From: Burkholderiales bacterium
GTDB lineage: Bacteria; Pseudomonadota; Gammaproteobacteria; Burkholderiales; SG8-39
Assembly: GCA_026416295.1 (NCBI GenBank)
Contig: JAOAFL010000041.1
Span: 3,799 to 67,798, forward strand
DNA: 64,000 bases
Reading direction: 5' to 3'
Each line of letters starts with the position of its first letter. Positions within the stretch are counted from its first letter, which is position 1. Of this stretch, positions 40,652 to 50,325 are shown in pieces. The notes under the pieces are model-generated. The model had not been told where the DNA came from, made no database searches, and saw only the letters and a program-made list of their open reading frames with translations. The position numbers and the translations under genes are program-made.

Positions 40652-41476
40652 GTGCTGCTGCGCCTCGTTCGCGCGGGCGTGCACGTCGCCGTCGGCTGTG
40701 CGGCGAGCGGTCTGCTCTATCCGCTGCTGCCTGCCGCGGCGCGCGAAACGATCCGGCGCCGCTGGTCGCGGCGCCTGCTCGCTATCCTCGGCGTGCGGCT
40801 GCGAGCGCCCGAGCGGGCGCCGGCGAACGCCGCGCTCGTCGTCGCAAACCACGTCTCCTGGCTCGATATCGTCGCGCTCGAGGCGATTTCGCCCTCGGTC
40901 TTCGTCTGCAAGGCGGAAGTGCGCCGCTGGCCGGTGCTCGGCTGGCTGGTCGCGCGCCAGCGCACGGTGTTTCTCGAGCGCGGCCGCGCGCGGGCAGCCG
41001 CGCGCGCGGTCGCCGAGCTCGCCGCGCGCCTTGCCGCGGGCGAGCGCGTCGCGGTGTTTCCCGAGGGCACGACCGGCGACGGCGCGGCGGTGCTCGCGTT
41101 CCGGCCGGCGCTCTTCGAAGCGGCGATCGCGAGCGGCGCCCCGGTGCAGCCGGTCGCGATCTCCTACTCCGGTCCGCAGGCGCGCTTCGTCGGCGAAACG
41201 ACCCTGTGGGCGTCGCTGTGCGCGGTGGCAGGCGCGCGTGCGCTCGAGGTTCGCCTCGAGTTCTGCGCTCCGATCGTAAGCGTCGGCGCCGACCGCCGGG
41301 CGCTCGCCGAGCGCGCGCGGCGCGCGATTCAGGCGAGGCTCGCAGGCGGCCGCAGCCTGCCGGCCGCAGCCGGGGCGAAAGCGACCGGTTCGGCGGGCTC
41401 CGGCTCTGCCGCCGGCACGATCCCTTCGAGCGCCGGCCCGACCTGCGCGAGCGCGGCCACCGTCTCTCGCGCGTAG
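40652..41476 (+). CDS. lysophospholipid (PlsC-family) acyltransferase, possibly OlsA-like
   Basis: GTG 40652 lies 3 nt after the PAP2 stop. It carries VANHVSWLDI (HX4D) and VAVFPEGTTGDG. The low-complexity Ala/Gly/Ser tail overlaps the convergent gene. Confidence 0.8.
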   Translation: MLLRLVRAGVHVAVGCAASGLLYPLLPAAARETIRRRWSRRLLAILGVRLRAPERAPANAALVVANHVSWLDIVALEAISPSVFVCKAEVRRWPVLGWLVARQRTVFLERGRARAAARAVAELAARLAAGERVAVFPEGTTGDGAAVLAFRPALFEAAIASGAPVQPVAISYSGPQARFVGETTLWASLCAVAGARALEVRLEFCAPIVSVGADRRALAERARRAIQARLAGGRSLPAAAGAKATGSAGSGSAAGTIPSSAGPTCASAATVSRA

Positions 41477-42129
41477 GCGTCGAAGCGGGCGGCGAGCAGG
41501 TGGTCGAAGCGCCGCGCGATGCGGCGCGAGAGCGCCGCGATCCGCAAGCGGCGCAGCAGCCGGTTCGCGCGCGCAAGAAGCTCGAGCGCGCGCCGCACGA
41601 GCCGCTCCTCGCAGCGCAGCCGCGCGGCGGCGACCGCGGCAAGTGTGTCGCGCTCGGCCTCGAGAACGTCCTCGGGCGCGACGAACGCCGCCGGGCGTAC
41701 GTGCTCGTCCATCGCCCACTCGCACAGCGCGTGCGTCGCCATCGCCACGCGCGCGATGCGCGCCTCGTGTTCGGGCACGAACGCGTTGTGCGCGACGACG
41801 TCGGCGAGCAGATGGCTCGCGTAGCCGAGCGCGATCGCGCGCTCTTCGTCGGTCGCGGCGGCCGCAAAGCGGCGCAGCGTCGGCCAGCCGTGGCAGCCGC
41901 GGAAGGCGGCGACGCCGAGCGCGCGGCCGGCGAGGGCGAGGTCCGGAAGGCACGCCCCCGCGAGCACGAGCCGCGGCAGGCGCAGGGCCGCGCGCCGGAT
42001 CTCCGGATCCGCGAGCGGCAACGCGAGGAGCAGGTGCTGCGCGAAGAAAAGGTGCGTCTGCAGTCCCCAGGCGAGCGCATCGCCCGCGCAGGCGACGAGC
42101 GAAAGGCCGAGAAGCAGCCGCCGACGCAT
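41329..42129 (-). CDS. secreted zinc-dependent phospholipase C-like protein
   Basis: 266 aa with a signal peptide MRRRLLLGLSLVACAGDALA. It is followed by WGLQTHLFFAQ, ACLPDLAL and YASHLLADVVAHNAF (W-x-x-x-T-H and H-x-x-x-D-x-x-x-H patterns). Confidence 0.6.
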   Translation of the reverse strand: MRRRLLLGLSLVACAGDALAWGLQTHLFFAQHLLLALPLADPEIRRAALRLPRLVLAGACLPDLALAGRALGVAAFRGCHGWPTLRRFAAAATDEERAIALGYASHLLADVVAHNAFVPEHEARIARVAMATHALCEWAMDEHVRPAAFVAPEDVLEAERDTLAAVAAARLRCEERLVRRALELLARANRLLRRLRIAALSRRIARRFDHLLAARFDAYARETVAALAQVGPALEGIVPAAEPEPAEPVAFAPAAAGRLRPPASLA

Positions 42130-42201
42130 CCCGGACGGCGATCATGCGATGCCCGCATGACGCGGTTGTGAACGCCGAAAGTGGTCGGCGCCCGCTTCGG
42201 T

Positions 42202-43218
42202 TCAGCGCGCCGACGGACCCTTTGCGCCTGCGCGCGCCGCGTGCGCCGTCCACAGCGCGCAGGCAAAGAGCAGCACCGCGCCGCCCTGATGCGCGGCGGC
42301 GAGCGGAATCGGCACCTTGAGGAGCAGCGTCGAGATGCCGAGCGCGGCCTGCACGGCGAACATCGCGAGCAGGCAGTGGGCGGCAAGGCGCGCCTCGGTC
42401 GCGCGCAGCCGCCACCAGAGCAGCGGAACGAGCGCAAGCAGCAGCCAGAAGAAGCCGCGGTGCACGAGCTGCACCGTCGCGACGTTCCACAGGAAGTTGC
42501 GCCACCACGGTTCCAGCATGAACGTCTCCGGCGGAACGAGATGGCCGTTCATCAGCGGAAACGTGTTGTAGGCGTGGCCGGCGCGCAGTCCGGCGACGAA
42601 GCCGCCCGAAAGCGCCATGAGAAACACGAGCCCGGCGAGCGCGAGCGCGAACGGCTGCGGCCGCGCCCCGGCCCGGGGCCTGAGCAGCTCCATCGCGAGC
42701 CACAGGCAGGCGGCGAAGATGAGAAGCGCAAGACCGAGGTGCGCGGTCAGGCGAAAGTGCGAGACGCGCGGCTCGGCGACGAGGCCGCTTTGCACCATGT
42801 ACCAGCCGAGCGCGCCCTGGAGCGCGCCGAGAACGAACACGCCGGCGAGCTTCCACGCGAGCGAGCGCTCGAGCCGTCCGCGCAGCAGAAACCAAAGGAA
42901 GGGCAGAAGAAACACCAGACCGATCGCGCGCGCGAGGAGGCGATGAAAGTACTCCCACCAGAAGATGCGCTTGAAGCCTTCGAGGTCCATGTCCGGGAAT
43001 GCCTGCGAGAACTGCGGCGTCGTGCGGTATTTGGCGAAAAGCGCCTCCCAGTCGGCCTGCGCAAGCGGCGGCAGTACTCCGGCGATCGGCTGCCATTCGA
43101 CGATCGAGAGCCCGGATTCGGTGAGCCGCGTGATGCCGCCCACCACCACGACCGCGAAGACGAGCGCGTCGCAGGAAAAGAGCCAGGCGGCGACCGCGCG
43201 CCGGTCGGCCTCGGTCAT
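42202..43218 (-). CDS. ctaA: COX15/CtaA-family haem A synthase
   Basis: Internal ATG 43218 gives MTEADRRAVAAWLFSCDALVFAVVVVGGITRLTESGLSIVEWQP...IFWWEYFHRLLAR...QLVHRGFF... Confidence 0.85.
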   Translation of the reverse strand: MTEADRRAVAAWLFSCDALVFAVVVVGGITRLTESGLSIVEWQPIAGVLPPLAQADWEALFAKYRTTPQFSQAFPDMDLEGFKRIFWWEYFHRLLARAIGLVFLLPFLWFLLRGRLERSLAWKLAGVFVLGALQGALGWYMVQSGLVAEPRVSHFRLTAHLGLALLIFAACLWLAMELLRPRAGARPQPFALALAGLVFLMALSGGFVAGLRAGHAYNTFPLMNGHLVPPETFMLEPWWRNFLWNVATVQLVHRGFFWLLLALVPLLWWRLRATEARLAAHCLLAMFAVQAALGISTLLLKVPIPLAAAHQGGAVLLFACALWTAHAARAGAKGPSAR

Positions 43219-43745
43219 GCGTCCGGGAACAGCCGGTTGATGCCCGTGGTGAGCCGCGCGGCCGAGACGCCGTAGACGTGCAGCGTCACGACGGCGTTCG
43301 CACTGCGGTTCGAGACGCGGTGATAGACCGGCCCGCCGAGGTCGAGCTCGGCGACGTCGCCCGCGCGCAGCAGCGTCGTGCCGATCGGCTCGAGCATCGT
43401 GCCGGGGGCGCGAAAGCGCTCTTCGAAGAGCTCGCCGTCGGCGACCCCGAAGGCGCACCAGACGTAGTGGCCGTGCACCGGGCTCGACTGGCCGGGGAGC
43501 CAGGTGATCGCGGTGACCACGAACTCGTCGTCCGGATCGACGTAGAGCAGGTGCCGCATGTAGCGCACCGGATCCCCGACCCGGTGCTCCGGCCGCAGCC
43601 AGGCGCGCTCGCCGCGAAGCGCGTTGCGCAGTGCGACGACGAGCTCGGGGCTTGCGACGCCCTGAGTGAGCAGCGCGCGGCCGAACGCCTTCGCCGCGCG
43701 CGCGAGCGGCGCGAGCGCCGGATGGATCGGATGACGCGGCGTCAC
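43215..43745 (-). CDS. cupin, cysteine dioxygenase / 3-mercaptopropionate dioxygenase-like
   Basis: GTG 43745 (GTGA overlap with the moeA stop). The product is 176 aa, ...YMRHLLYVDPDDEFVVTAITWLPGQSSPVHGHYVWCAFGVADGEL...VYHRVSN. Confidence 0.65.
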   Translation of the reverse strand: MTPRHPIHPALAPLARAAKAFGRALLTQGVASPELVVALRNALRGERAWLRPEHRVGDPVRYMRHLLYVDPDDEFVVTAITWLPGQSSPVHGHYVWCAFGVADGELFEERFRAPGTMLEPIGTTLLRAGDVAELDLGGPVYHRVSNRSANAVVTLHVYGVSAARLTTGINRLFPDA

Positions 43746-45013
43746 GAGAACGCCGCGAGGAGCTGAACGCGCACCGGCTCGCCGGCCTGGACCGCGCCGC
43801 GCTCGTGCTCGAGCACGATGTAGCAGTTCGCCTCGACCATCGAGCGCAGCACGCCCGAGCCCTGCGTGCCGGTGGTGCGCACCTTGAGGCGCCCGCCGTC
43901 CCGGAACACGATCCCGCGCTGATACTCGGTGCGGCCGGGCAGCTTGCGGATCGCGGTCGCGGCTTCCGCCTCGAGGAGCGGCGGTGCGCCGTCGCTCGCG
44001 CAGCCGGCAAGGCGAAGCAGCGCACCGCGCACGAACTGGTGGAACGTCACCATCACCGCGACCGGGTTTCCGGGCAGACCGAAGAAGAACGGCCGCCGTC
44101 CCGCGGCGATCCGGCCGAACGCCATCGGCCGACCCGGCCGCATCGCGATCTTCCAGAAAAGCACCTCGCCGAGTCGCGCCATCAGCGCGCGCACGAAGTC
44201 GGCCTCGCCGACCGAGACGCCCCCCGTGCTGATGATCGCGTCCGCGCGCTCGGCCGCACGCGAAAGCGCCTGCGCAAGGGCCTGCGGGTCGTCGCGAACG
44301 ACGCCGAGATCGTCGAGTTCGACGCCGAGCGGCGCGAGCATGCCGCGCAGCGTATAGCGGTTGGAGTCGTAGACGCCGCCCTCGGGCAGCGGTTCGCCGA
44401 CACCCGTCAGCTCGTCGCCGGTCGAGAGAAAAGCGACGCGCAGCCGCCGGCGCACGAGCACCTCGGGCACGCCGACCGAGGCGGCAAGCCCCAGCTCGGC
44501 TGCGCCGATGCGCGTGCCCGCCGTGAGCGCCGGCGCGCCCGCGCGCAGGTCTTCGCCAGCGCGGCGCACGTTCTGGCCGGCCTTCTGCCCGGGCGGCACG
44601 AGGATTTTGCCTCGCTCGCGGCGCACGACTTCCTGGATCACGACGGTGTCGGCGCCGCGCGGCATCACCGCGCCGGTCATCACGCGCACGCACTCGCCGG
44701 GTTTCACTTCGCCGGCGAAGGGCCGTCCGGCGAGCGCGACGCCCGCTTCGACGAGCGCGGTCTCGCCGTCGGCCGCGAGGTCGGCGGCGCGCACCGCCCA
44801 GCCGTCCATCGCCGAGTTGTCGTGCGCCGGCACGTTCACGGCTGAGACCAGGTCGCGCGCGAGCACGCGGCCGAGCGCGGCGGCGACCGGCACGCGCTCT
44901 TCCTCGACGACCGGCTCGAGGCAGGCGGCGATCGCCGCGCGCGCCACCTCGACGTGCAGCGCCTCCGGGTCGTAGCCGTCGAGGCAGCTCACGATGCCGG
45001 CGAGCGTCGTCAT
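43742..45013 (-). CDS. moeA: molybdopterin molybdotransferase
   Basis: ATG 45013 gives MTTLAGIVSCLDGYDPEALHVEVARAAI...NSAMDGWAVRA...STGDEL...IISTGGVSVGEADF...GLPGNPVA. Confidence 0.9.
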   Translation of the reverse strand: MTTLAGIVSCLDGYDPEALHVEVARAAIAACLEPVVEEERVPVAAALGRVLARDLVSAVNVPAHDNSAMDGWAVRAADLAADGETALVEAGVALAGRPFAGEVKPGECVRVMTGAVMPRGADTVVIQEVVRRERGKILVPPGQKAGQNVRRAGEDLRAGAPALTAGTRIGAAELGLAASVGVPEVLVRRRLRVAFLSTGDELTGVGEPLPEGGVYDSNRYTLRGMLAPLGVELDDLGVVRDDPQALAQALSRAAERADAIISTGGVSVGEADFVRALMARLGEVLFWKIAMRPGRPMAFGRIAAGRRPFFFGLPGNPVAVMVTFHQFVRGALLRLAGCASDGAPPLLEAEAATAIRKLPGRTEYQRGIVFRDGGRLKVRTTGTQGSGVLRSMVEANCYIVLEHERGAVQAGEPVRVQLLAAFS

Positions 45014-45582
45014 GCGTCTCTCAGCTCCTCCAGCGTGTTGATGTTGCGAAACGCTTCGGCCTCGTCGTCGAACGGCACCTCGACGACATCGAGCGCGGCG
45101 TACCAGGCGTCTATTTTGCGCCCGCCGCCGGCGAGAAACGCGCCGAGGTGCGCGCGCAGCGCCGTGCGCACGAGGCAGAACACCGGATGCGGCTGATCGC
45201 CCGTCTTCGCGACCGCGAGCTGGTGCGCGCCGAGCGCGGCGGCGAGCCGCGCGACGAGGTCGGCCGGCAGGAACGGGGAGTCGCACGGCACGGTCACCGC
45301 GAGCGCAAAGCGCGCGACGCCGAGCCCCGCGTGCAGTCCGGCGAGGGGTCCGGCGAAGCCGCCGACCTCGTCGGGCACGACCGGATGGCCGAACGCGCGA
45401 TAGGCGTCCAGATTCTGGTTCGCGTTGACGACGAGCTCGTTCACCTGCGGGGCGAGCCGCTCGATCACGTGCGCGACGAGCGGCCTGCCGCGCAGCGGCT
45501 GAAGGCCCTTGTCGACGCCGCCCATGCGACGGCCGAGGCCGCCGGCGAGCACGATGCCGGTGACGCCGGCGGGCGCGCTCAC
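45010..45582 (-). CDS. mobA: molybdenum cofactor guanylyltransferase
   Basis: GTG 45582 gives VSAPAGVTGIVLAGGLGRRMGGVDKGLQPLRGRPL...VPCDSPFLP... The product is 190 aa. Confidence 0.85.
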   Translation of the reverse strand: MSAPAGVTGIVLAGGLGRRMGGVDKGLQPLRGRPLVAHVIERLAPQVNELVVNANQNLDAYRAFGHPVVPDEVGGFAGPLAGLHAGLGVARFALAVTVPCDSPFLPADLVARLAAALGAHQLAVAKTGDQPHPVFCLVRTALRAHLGAFLAGGGRKIDAWYAALDVVEVPFDDEAEAFRNINTLEELRDA

Positions 45583-46781
45583 TCGATCACCTGCGACATC
45601 ACGACGCGCACGTCGGATGCGCCCGGGGCGACCGGCGCGCTCACGCCCTCGATGTCGCCCTTTTGCCGCGCGGGACCGCCCGAGCGCGAGACGCGCGCGA
45701 CGACGACGACCTTCTGCTGCGTCGAGAGCGTCGCCCCCGGCGCCATCGCCATGCTGTCGTCGAGCCGGAAGCGATAGGGCAGCGCCGCGACCGTCGTGCG
45801 CGCGACCGCAAGCGGCATGCGTCCGCCTTCGGCCGGGCGCGCGATCACGTACACGGTGTCGGTCGGCGAGACGCTCGCCGCGAGCTTCGGATCGAGGCTC
45901 ACGACGCCCGTGAGCGCGACCGGCGCCGCGGAGGAGGCACCGCGCTCGCCCGGCGTCGCCGCGAGCCGGCGCGCCTCGTCGAGGCTCTCCCGCAGCTCGC
46001 GGGCGAGGTCGGAGTCGGCCGGAAGGCGCGCGAGCAGCCGTTCCCAGTGCCGCACCGCGCCGGCGTAGTTTCCGGACTGGTATTCGCCCGCGCCGGCGAG
46101 CGCGAGCGCCTTCGGATGCTCCGGGTCGACCTCGAGCGCGCGGCGGACAAGCGCGAGCGGTTCGCCCGCGAGCTCGCGCCCGCGCGAGACGGCGAGCGCC
46201 TCCGCGTAGTCGGCGAGGAGCGCTGCGTCCTGCGGCGCGCGGCGCGCACCCTCGGCGAACGCGCGCACCGCGCGCTCGTTGTCGCCGAGCGCCGCGAGCG
46301 AGCGTCCGAGGAGCGCCCAGCCCTCGGGGTCGTCCGGCGCACGGTGCATGCGCTCCCAGAGCTGCTCGACGAGCGCCTCCATGTGGCCAGGGGGCGGCAT
46401 CCGCGCTTTCCGCACCTGCGGATCGAGCGCGATCGGCGTGCCGAAGACAAGGTAGCCGCCTGCGGCGGCGAGCGGCACGAGGAGCGCGATCGCGACGGCT
46501 GCCGCCGGACGACGGCCCCCGCGGACGGAGACGTCTTTCGCCTGCACCGACTCGGCGAGCACGCGCGCTTCCAGCGCCTGCCGAGCGCGGCGGTAGTCCT
46601 CCTCGCCGAGGGCGCCCCGCGCGCGCTCGGCCGCGAGTTCCGCCAGTTCCGCGCGATAGACCTCCGCGTTCGCCGCCTCGCGCGCCGCCGGCTGGGATTC
46701 GCGCGCGCGAAGAAGCGGCGGCAGCACGAACGCGAGCGCGCCGACGAGGAGAAGCGTCGCGAGCGCGAAAAAAAGCGTCAT
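45579..46781 (-). CDS. ccmI: cytochrome c-type biogenesis protein CcmI (CycH), TPR-containing
   Basis: ATG 46781 gives MTLFFALATLLLVGALAFVLPPLL..., then TPR-like repeats (GWALLGRSLAALGDNERAVRAF...). It has an OB-like C-terminal domain. Confidence 0.82.
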   Translation of the reverse strand: MTLFFALATLLLVGALAFVLPPLLRARESQPAAREAANAEVYRAELAELAAERARGALGEEDYRRARQALEARVLAESVQAKDVSVRGGRRPAAAVAIALLVPLAAAGGYLVFGTPIALDPQVRKARMPPPGHMEALVEQLWERMHRAPDDPEGWALLGRSLAALGDNERAVRAFAEGARRAPQDAALLADYAEALAVSRGRELAGEPLALVRRALEVDPEHPKALALAGAGEYQSGNYAGAVRHWERLLARLPADSDLARELRESLDEARRLAATPGERGASSAAPVALTGVVSLDPKLAASVSPTDTVYVIARPAEGGRMPLAVARTTVAALPYRFRLDDSMAMAPGATLSTQQKVVVVARVSRSGGPARQKGDIEGVSAPVAPGASDVRVVMSQVIE

Positions 46782-47224
46782 CGCGCGTCTTCCTCGCCGA
46801 GGAGCCGCGCGATCTGCGCGCGCGCCTCCGGCGACAGCTGCGCCGCAGGCGGCGTCCTGCGCCGCCGCAGCGCGATCCAGCCGACCGCGCCGAGCGCGAG
46901 CGCGAGCAGCGCGAACGGCCCCACCCAGAGCAGCAGCGTCGTCGCCTTGAGCGGCGGCTCGTACAGGACGAAATCGCCGTAGCGCGCGACCATGAATTCG
47001 ACGATCTGCTCGTCGCTGCGGCCGGCGCGGATCTGTTCGCGCAGCTCCCGGCGCAGGTCGCCCGCGAGTTCGGCGCCCGAGTCGGCGAGCGTCTGGTTCT
47101 GGCACACCAGGCAGCGCAGCTTCGCGGCAAGCTGCCGGAAGCGCTCGTCTTCGGCTTCGTCCTGCGCGAGCGCGACGGCCGCGACCGCGGCCGCGACGAG
47201 CACGGTGACGAGGCGCCGGATCAC
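46778..47224 (-). CDS. ccmH: cytochrome c-type biogenesis protein CcmH (CycL)
   Basis: GTG 47224. The LRCLVCQNQTLADS motif and a C-terminal TM helix are present. Confidence 0.9.
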   Translation of the reverse strand: MIRRLVTVLVAAAVAAVALAQDEAEDERFRQLAAKLRCLVCQNQTLADSGAELAGDLRRELREQIRAGRSDEQIVEFMVARYGDFVLYEPPLKATTLLLWVGPFALLALALGAVGWIALRRRRTPPAAQLSPEARAQIARLLGEEDAR

Positions 47225-47739
47225 AGCGATTTCAGGAGCGGCACAAGGCGGCGCTCGACGATCTCGGGCGTGAGCGGACCGATGTGCTTGTGGCGGATCA
47301 CGCCGTCGCGGTCGATGACGTAGGTTTCCGGTACGCCGTAGACGCCGTAGTCGATGCCGACGCGACCCTCGGCGTCGACCACCGTCGCCTCGAAGGGATC
47401 GCCGAAGCGCGCAAGCCAGCGCAGGGCGTCGTCCTCCCTGTCCTTGTAGTTGAGGCCCACGATCGGCGCGAGTTTCTTTTGCGCGAGATCCAGCAGCACC
47501 GGGTGCTCGTCGCGGCAGGTGACGCACCAGGACGCCCAGACGTTGAGGAGCCATGGCCGCCCCTTGAAGTCGATCGGACCGAGCCGCCGGCCGGGCGCGC
47601 CGAGCACCGGCAGCTCGAAATTGGGTGCGGGCTTGCCGACGAGCGGCGAGGGAACCTCGCGCGGATTGAGACCGAGGCCGGCGAACAGAAACCCGGCGAG
47701 CGCGAGGAAGATCGCGAGCGGCACGAGCGCGCTTTTCAT
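47221..47739 (-). CDS. ccmG: thiol:disulfide interchange protein DsbE/CcmG
   Basis: ATG 47739 gives [21 protein letters not shown]...WLLNVWASWCVTCRDEHP...GVYGVPETYVID. Confidence 0.9.
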   Translation of the reverse strand: MKSALVPLAIFLALAGFLFAGLGLNPREVPSPLVGKPAPNFELPVLGAPGRRLGPIDFKGRPWLLNVWASWCVTCRDEHPVLLDLAQKKLAPIVGLNYKDREDDALRWLARFGDPFEATVVDAEGRVGIDYGVYGVPETYVIDRDGVIRHKHIGPLTPEIVERRLVPLLKSL

Positions 47740-49685
47740 GCGCGCGCCTCCTGCGCGACCGCGGGCGCCGCGCGCGCGCGGTCGCGGTAACGCCGGTCGG
47801 CGGCGGCGAGCGCGCCGCCGAGCGCCATCGCAAGGCACCCGATCCAGATCCAGCTCACGAAGGGCTTGACCTGTACGCGAAGCGTCCAGGCGCCGCCCTC
47901 CAGCGCGTCGCCGAGCGCGACGTACAGGTGTCGCGCAAGGCCGTAGTCGATCGCCGCCTCGGTCATCGGCATCTGCTGCACCCGGTAGACGCGCTTTTCG
48001 GGGTACAGCCGCGCGACGACCTCGCCCGCGCGCAGGACGGTGACCGAGCCGCGCTGGGCGCGGTAGTTCGGGCCCTCGGCCGCCTGCACGCCCTCGAAGC
48101 GAAACGCGTAGCCGCCGACGGCGACCGATTCGCCGGGCGCAAGGCGCACCTCGCGCTCGGATTCGTAGCTCTTGACGAGGGTGACGCCGGCGACGAAGAC
48201 GCCGACGCCAGCGTGGGCGGCGAGCATGCCGAGGAACGCGGCCGGCATCGCGGAAAGCGGCTGCGAGCGAGCGCGCGAGACCAGCGCCGCGACGCTTGCG
48301 CCGATCAGCCAGAACGCGGCGGCGAGCCCTGCGGCGGTGAGCAGCCCCCAGCGCCCGAAGAAAAAGGGCACGATCGCCGCGAGGACGATCGCCGCGAGCG
48401 CCGCCCAGCGGGCGCGCGCAACGAGCGCCGCCCAGTCGCCCTTTCGCCAGGCGACGAGCGGCCCGAGGCCGCAGGCGACGAGCACCGGCGCCATCAGCGG
48501 GGCGAAGACGGTGTCGAAATACGGCGGACCGACCGAAATCTTGCCGAGGCCGAGCGCGTCGAGAAACAGCGGATAGAGCGTGCCGAGCATCACCGCGGCG
48601 GTCGCCGCAAGCAGCAGCACGCTGTTCGCGAGAAGGAGCGTTTCGCGCGAAAGCGGCGCAAAATCCCCGCCGGGCGCGATGCGCTGCGCGCGCCAGCCAT
48701 AGAGCGCGAGCGAGCCTCCGATCACGACCACGAGAAACGCGAGGATGTAGACGCCGCGGCGCGGGTCGGTCGCGAACGCGTGCACCGACGTGAGCACGCC
48801 GGAGCGCACGAGGAAGGTGCCGAGGAGCGACAGCGAAAACGCGAGGATCGCAAGGAGCACCGTCCAGCCCTTGAAGAGCCCCCGCTTTTCGGTCACCGCG
48901 AGCGAGTGGATGAGCGCGGTGCCCACCAGCCAGGGCATGAAGGAGGCGTTTTCGACCGGATCCCAGAACCACCAGCCGCCCCATCCGAGCTCGTAGTAGG
49001 CCCAGAAGCTCCCGAGCGCGATGCCGAGCGTGAGAAAGATCCAGGCGGCGATCGTCCAGGGGCGGGACCAGCGCGCCCAGGCCGCATCGAGCCGGCCGTC
49101 GAGCAGCGCGGCGATCGCGAACGCGAACGCGACCGAAAAGCCGACGTAGCCCATGTAGAGCATCGGCGGGTGAAACACCATGCCGGGGTCTTGCAGCAAA
49201 GGATTCAGGTCCCGGCCGTCGGCCGCCGCCGGAAGCAGCCGCTCGAACGGGTTGGAGGTAAACAGCAGAAACCCGAGAAAGCCCGCGCAAACGAGCCCCA
49301 TCACCCCGAGGATGCGGGCGAGCATCGGCTCGGGGAGACTGCGGCTCGCGAGCGAGACCGCGAGCATCCAGCCCGCGAGCATCAGCACCCAGAGGAGGAG
49401 CGAGCCTTCGTGACTGCCCCAGGTGGCGGCGAGCCGATACGGCACCGGCAGCGCCGAGTTGGAGTTGTTCGCGACGTTGAGCACCGAGAAATCGTTCGTG
49501 TAGAACGACCAGGCGAGGCAGCCGAAGGCGAACGCGACGAGGAGAAAAACCGCCTGCGCCGCCGGCCGCGCGAGCGCCATGTAGGCGCCGATCGCGCGCG
49601 CCGCGCCGACGAGCGGCAGCGTGCCGAGCAGCAGCGCGAGCGCGAGCGCGACGAAAAGCGCGAAATGGCCGAGTTCCGGAATCAT
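47736..49685 (-). CDS. ccmF: cytochrome c haem lyase subunit CcmF
   Basis: 649-aa track [18 protein letters not shown]...[18 protein letters not shown] (WWD-type motif). Confidence 0.95.
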   Translation of the reverse strand: MIPELGHFALFVALALALLLGTLPLVGAARAIGAYMALARPAAQAVFLLVAFAFGCLAWSFYTNDFSVLNVANNSNSALPVPYRLAATWGSHEGSLLLWVLMLAGWMLAVSLASRSLPEPMLARILGVMGLVCAGFLGFLLFTSNPFERLLPAAADGRDLNPLLQDPGMVFHPPMLYMGYVGFSVAFAFAIAALLDGRLDAAWARWSRPWTIAAWIFLTLGIALGSFWAYYELGWGGWWFWDPVENASFMPWLVGTALIHSLAVTEKRGLFKGWTVLLAILAFSLSLLGTFLVRSGVLTSVHAFATDPRRGVYILAFLVVVIGGSLALYGWRAQRIAPGGDFAPLSRETLLLANSVLLLAATAAVMLGTLYPLFLDALGLGKISVGPPYFDTVFAPLMAPVLVACGLGPLVAWRKGDWAALVARARWAALAAIVLAAIVPFFFGRWGLLTAAGLAAAFWLIGASVAALVSRARSQPLSAMPAAFLGMLAAHAGVGVFVAGVTLVKSYESEREVRLAPGESVAVGGYAFRFEGVQAAEGPNYRAQRGSVTVLRAGEVVARLYPEKRVYRVQQMPMTEAAIDYGLARHLYVALGDALEGGAWTLRVQVKPFVSWIWIGCLAMALGGALAAADRRYRDRARAAPAVAQEARA

Positions 49686-50164
49686 CGCGGCGCGATCACG
49701 GTCTTCGCTGCCTTCTCGGCCTGCATGCGCGCGACGCCCTCGCGGTGCGCCCGATCGAGCGCCGCCGCCGCCTCCGGCGGCATGTAATTCTCATCGTGCT
49801 TCGCGAGCACCTCGTGCGCGCGAAAGATCCCGTCCGGCCCGAGCCGGCCTTGCGCGACCACGCCTTTACCCTCCTTGAAGAGGTCCGGAAGGATTCCGGT
49901 ATAGACGACCGGCACCCGCTCGGCGGTATCGGTGACGACGAACTGCACGGTGAGCCCGTCGGGCAGGCGCTTGAAGCTGCCCGTCTCCACCATGCCGCCG
50001 ATGCGGAAGGTACGGTCGAGCGGCGCCTCCTTTTTCGCGACCTGCGTCGGGCTGTAGAAGAAGACGAGGCTCGAGCGGAAGGCGTTCAGCACGAGCGCGG
50101 TCGCGACCGCAAGGAGCGCAAGGCCGCCGACGACCGCGACGAGGCGGCGATGGCGCGGCTTCAT
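49682..50164 (-). CDS. ccmE: cytochrome c maturation haem chaperone CcmE
   Basis: Internal ATG 50164 gives [29 protein letters not shown]...[13 protein letters not shown] (haem-binding His region). Confidence 0.9.
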   Translation of the reverse strand: MKPRHRRLVAVVGGLALLAVATALVLNAFRSSLVFFYSPTQVAKKEAPLDRTFRIGGMVETGSFKRLPDGLTVQFVVTDTAERVPVVYTGILPDLFKEGKGVVAQGRLGPDGIFRAHEVLAKHDENYMPPEAAAALDRAHREGVARMQAEKAAKTVIAPR

Positions 50165-50325
50165 CGGACGCTCGCCCCGGGGGCTTCGCCGCGTGCCCGC
50201 CTCAGCCGGCGCAGGACGAGGGCGACCTCGCCCGCGATGCAGGCGGCGGCGACCGCGTACGAACCCCACACGAACGCGGCGTAGCCGCCCATCGCGAGGA
50301 ACTCGGCGACGCTGCCCCAGTTCAC
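50161..50325 (-). CDS. ccmD: haem exporter protein CcmD
   Basis: GTG 50325 (GTGA overlap with the ccmC stop). The product is 54 aa, [37 protein letters not shown]... Confidence 0.7.
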   Translation of the reverse strand: MNWGSVAEFLAMGGYAAFVWGSYAVAAACIAGEVALVLRRLRRARGEAPGASVR

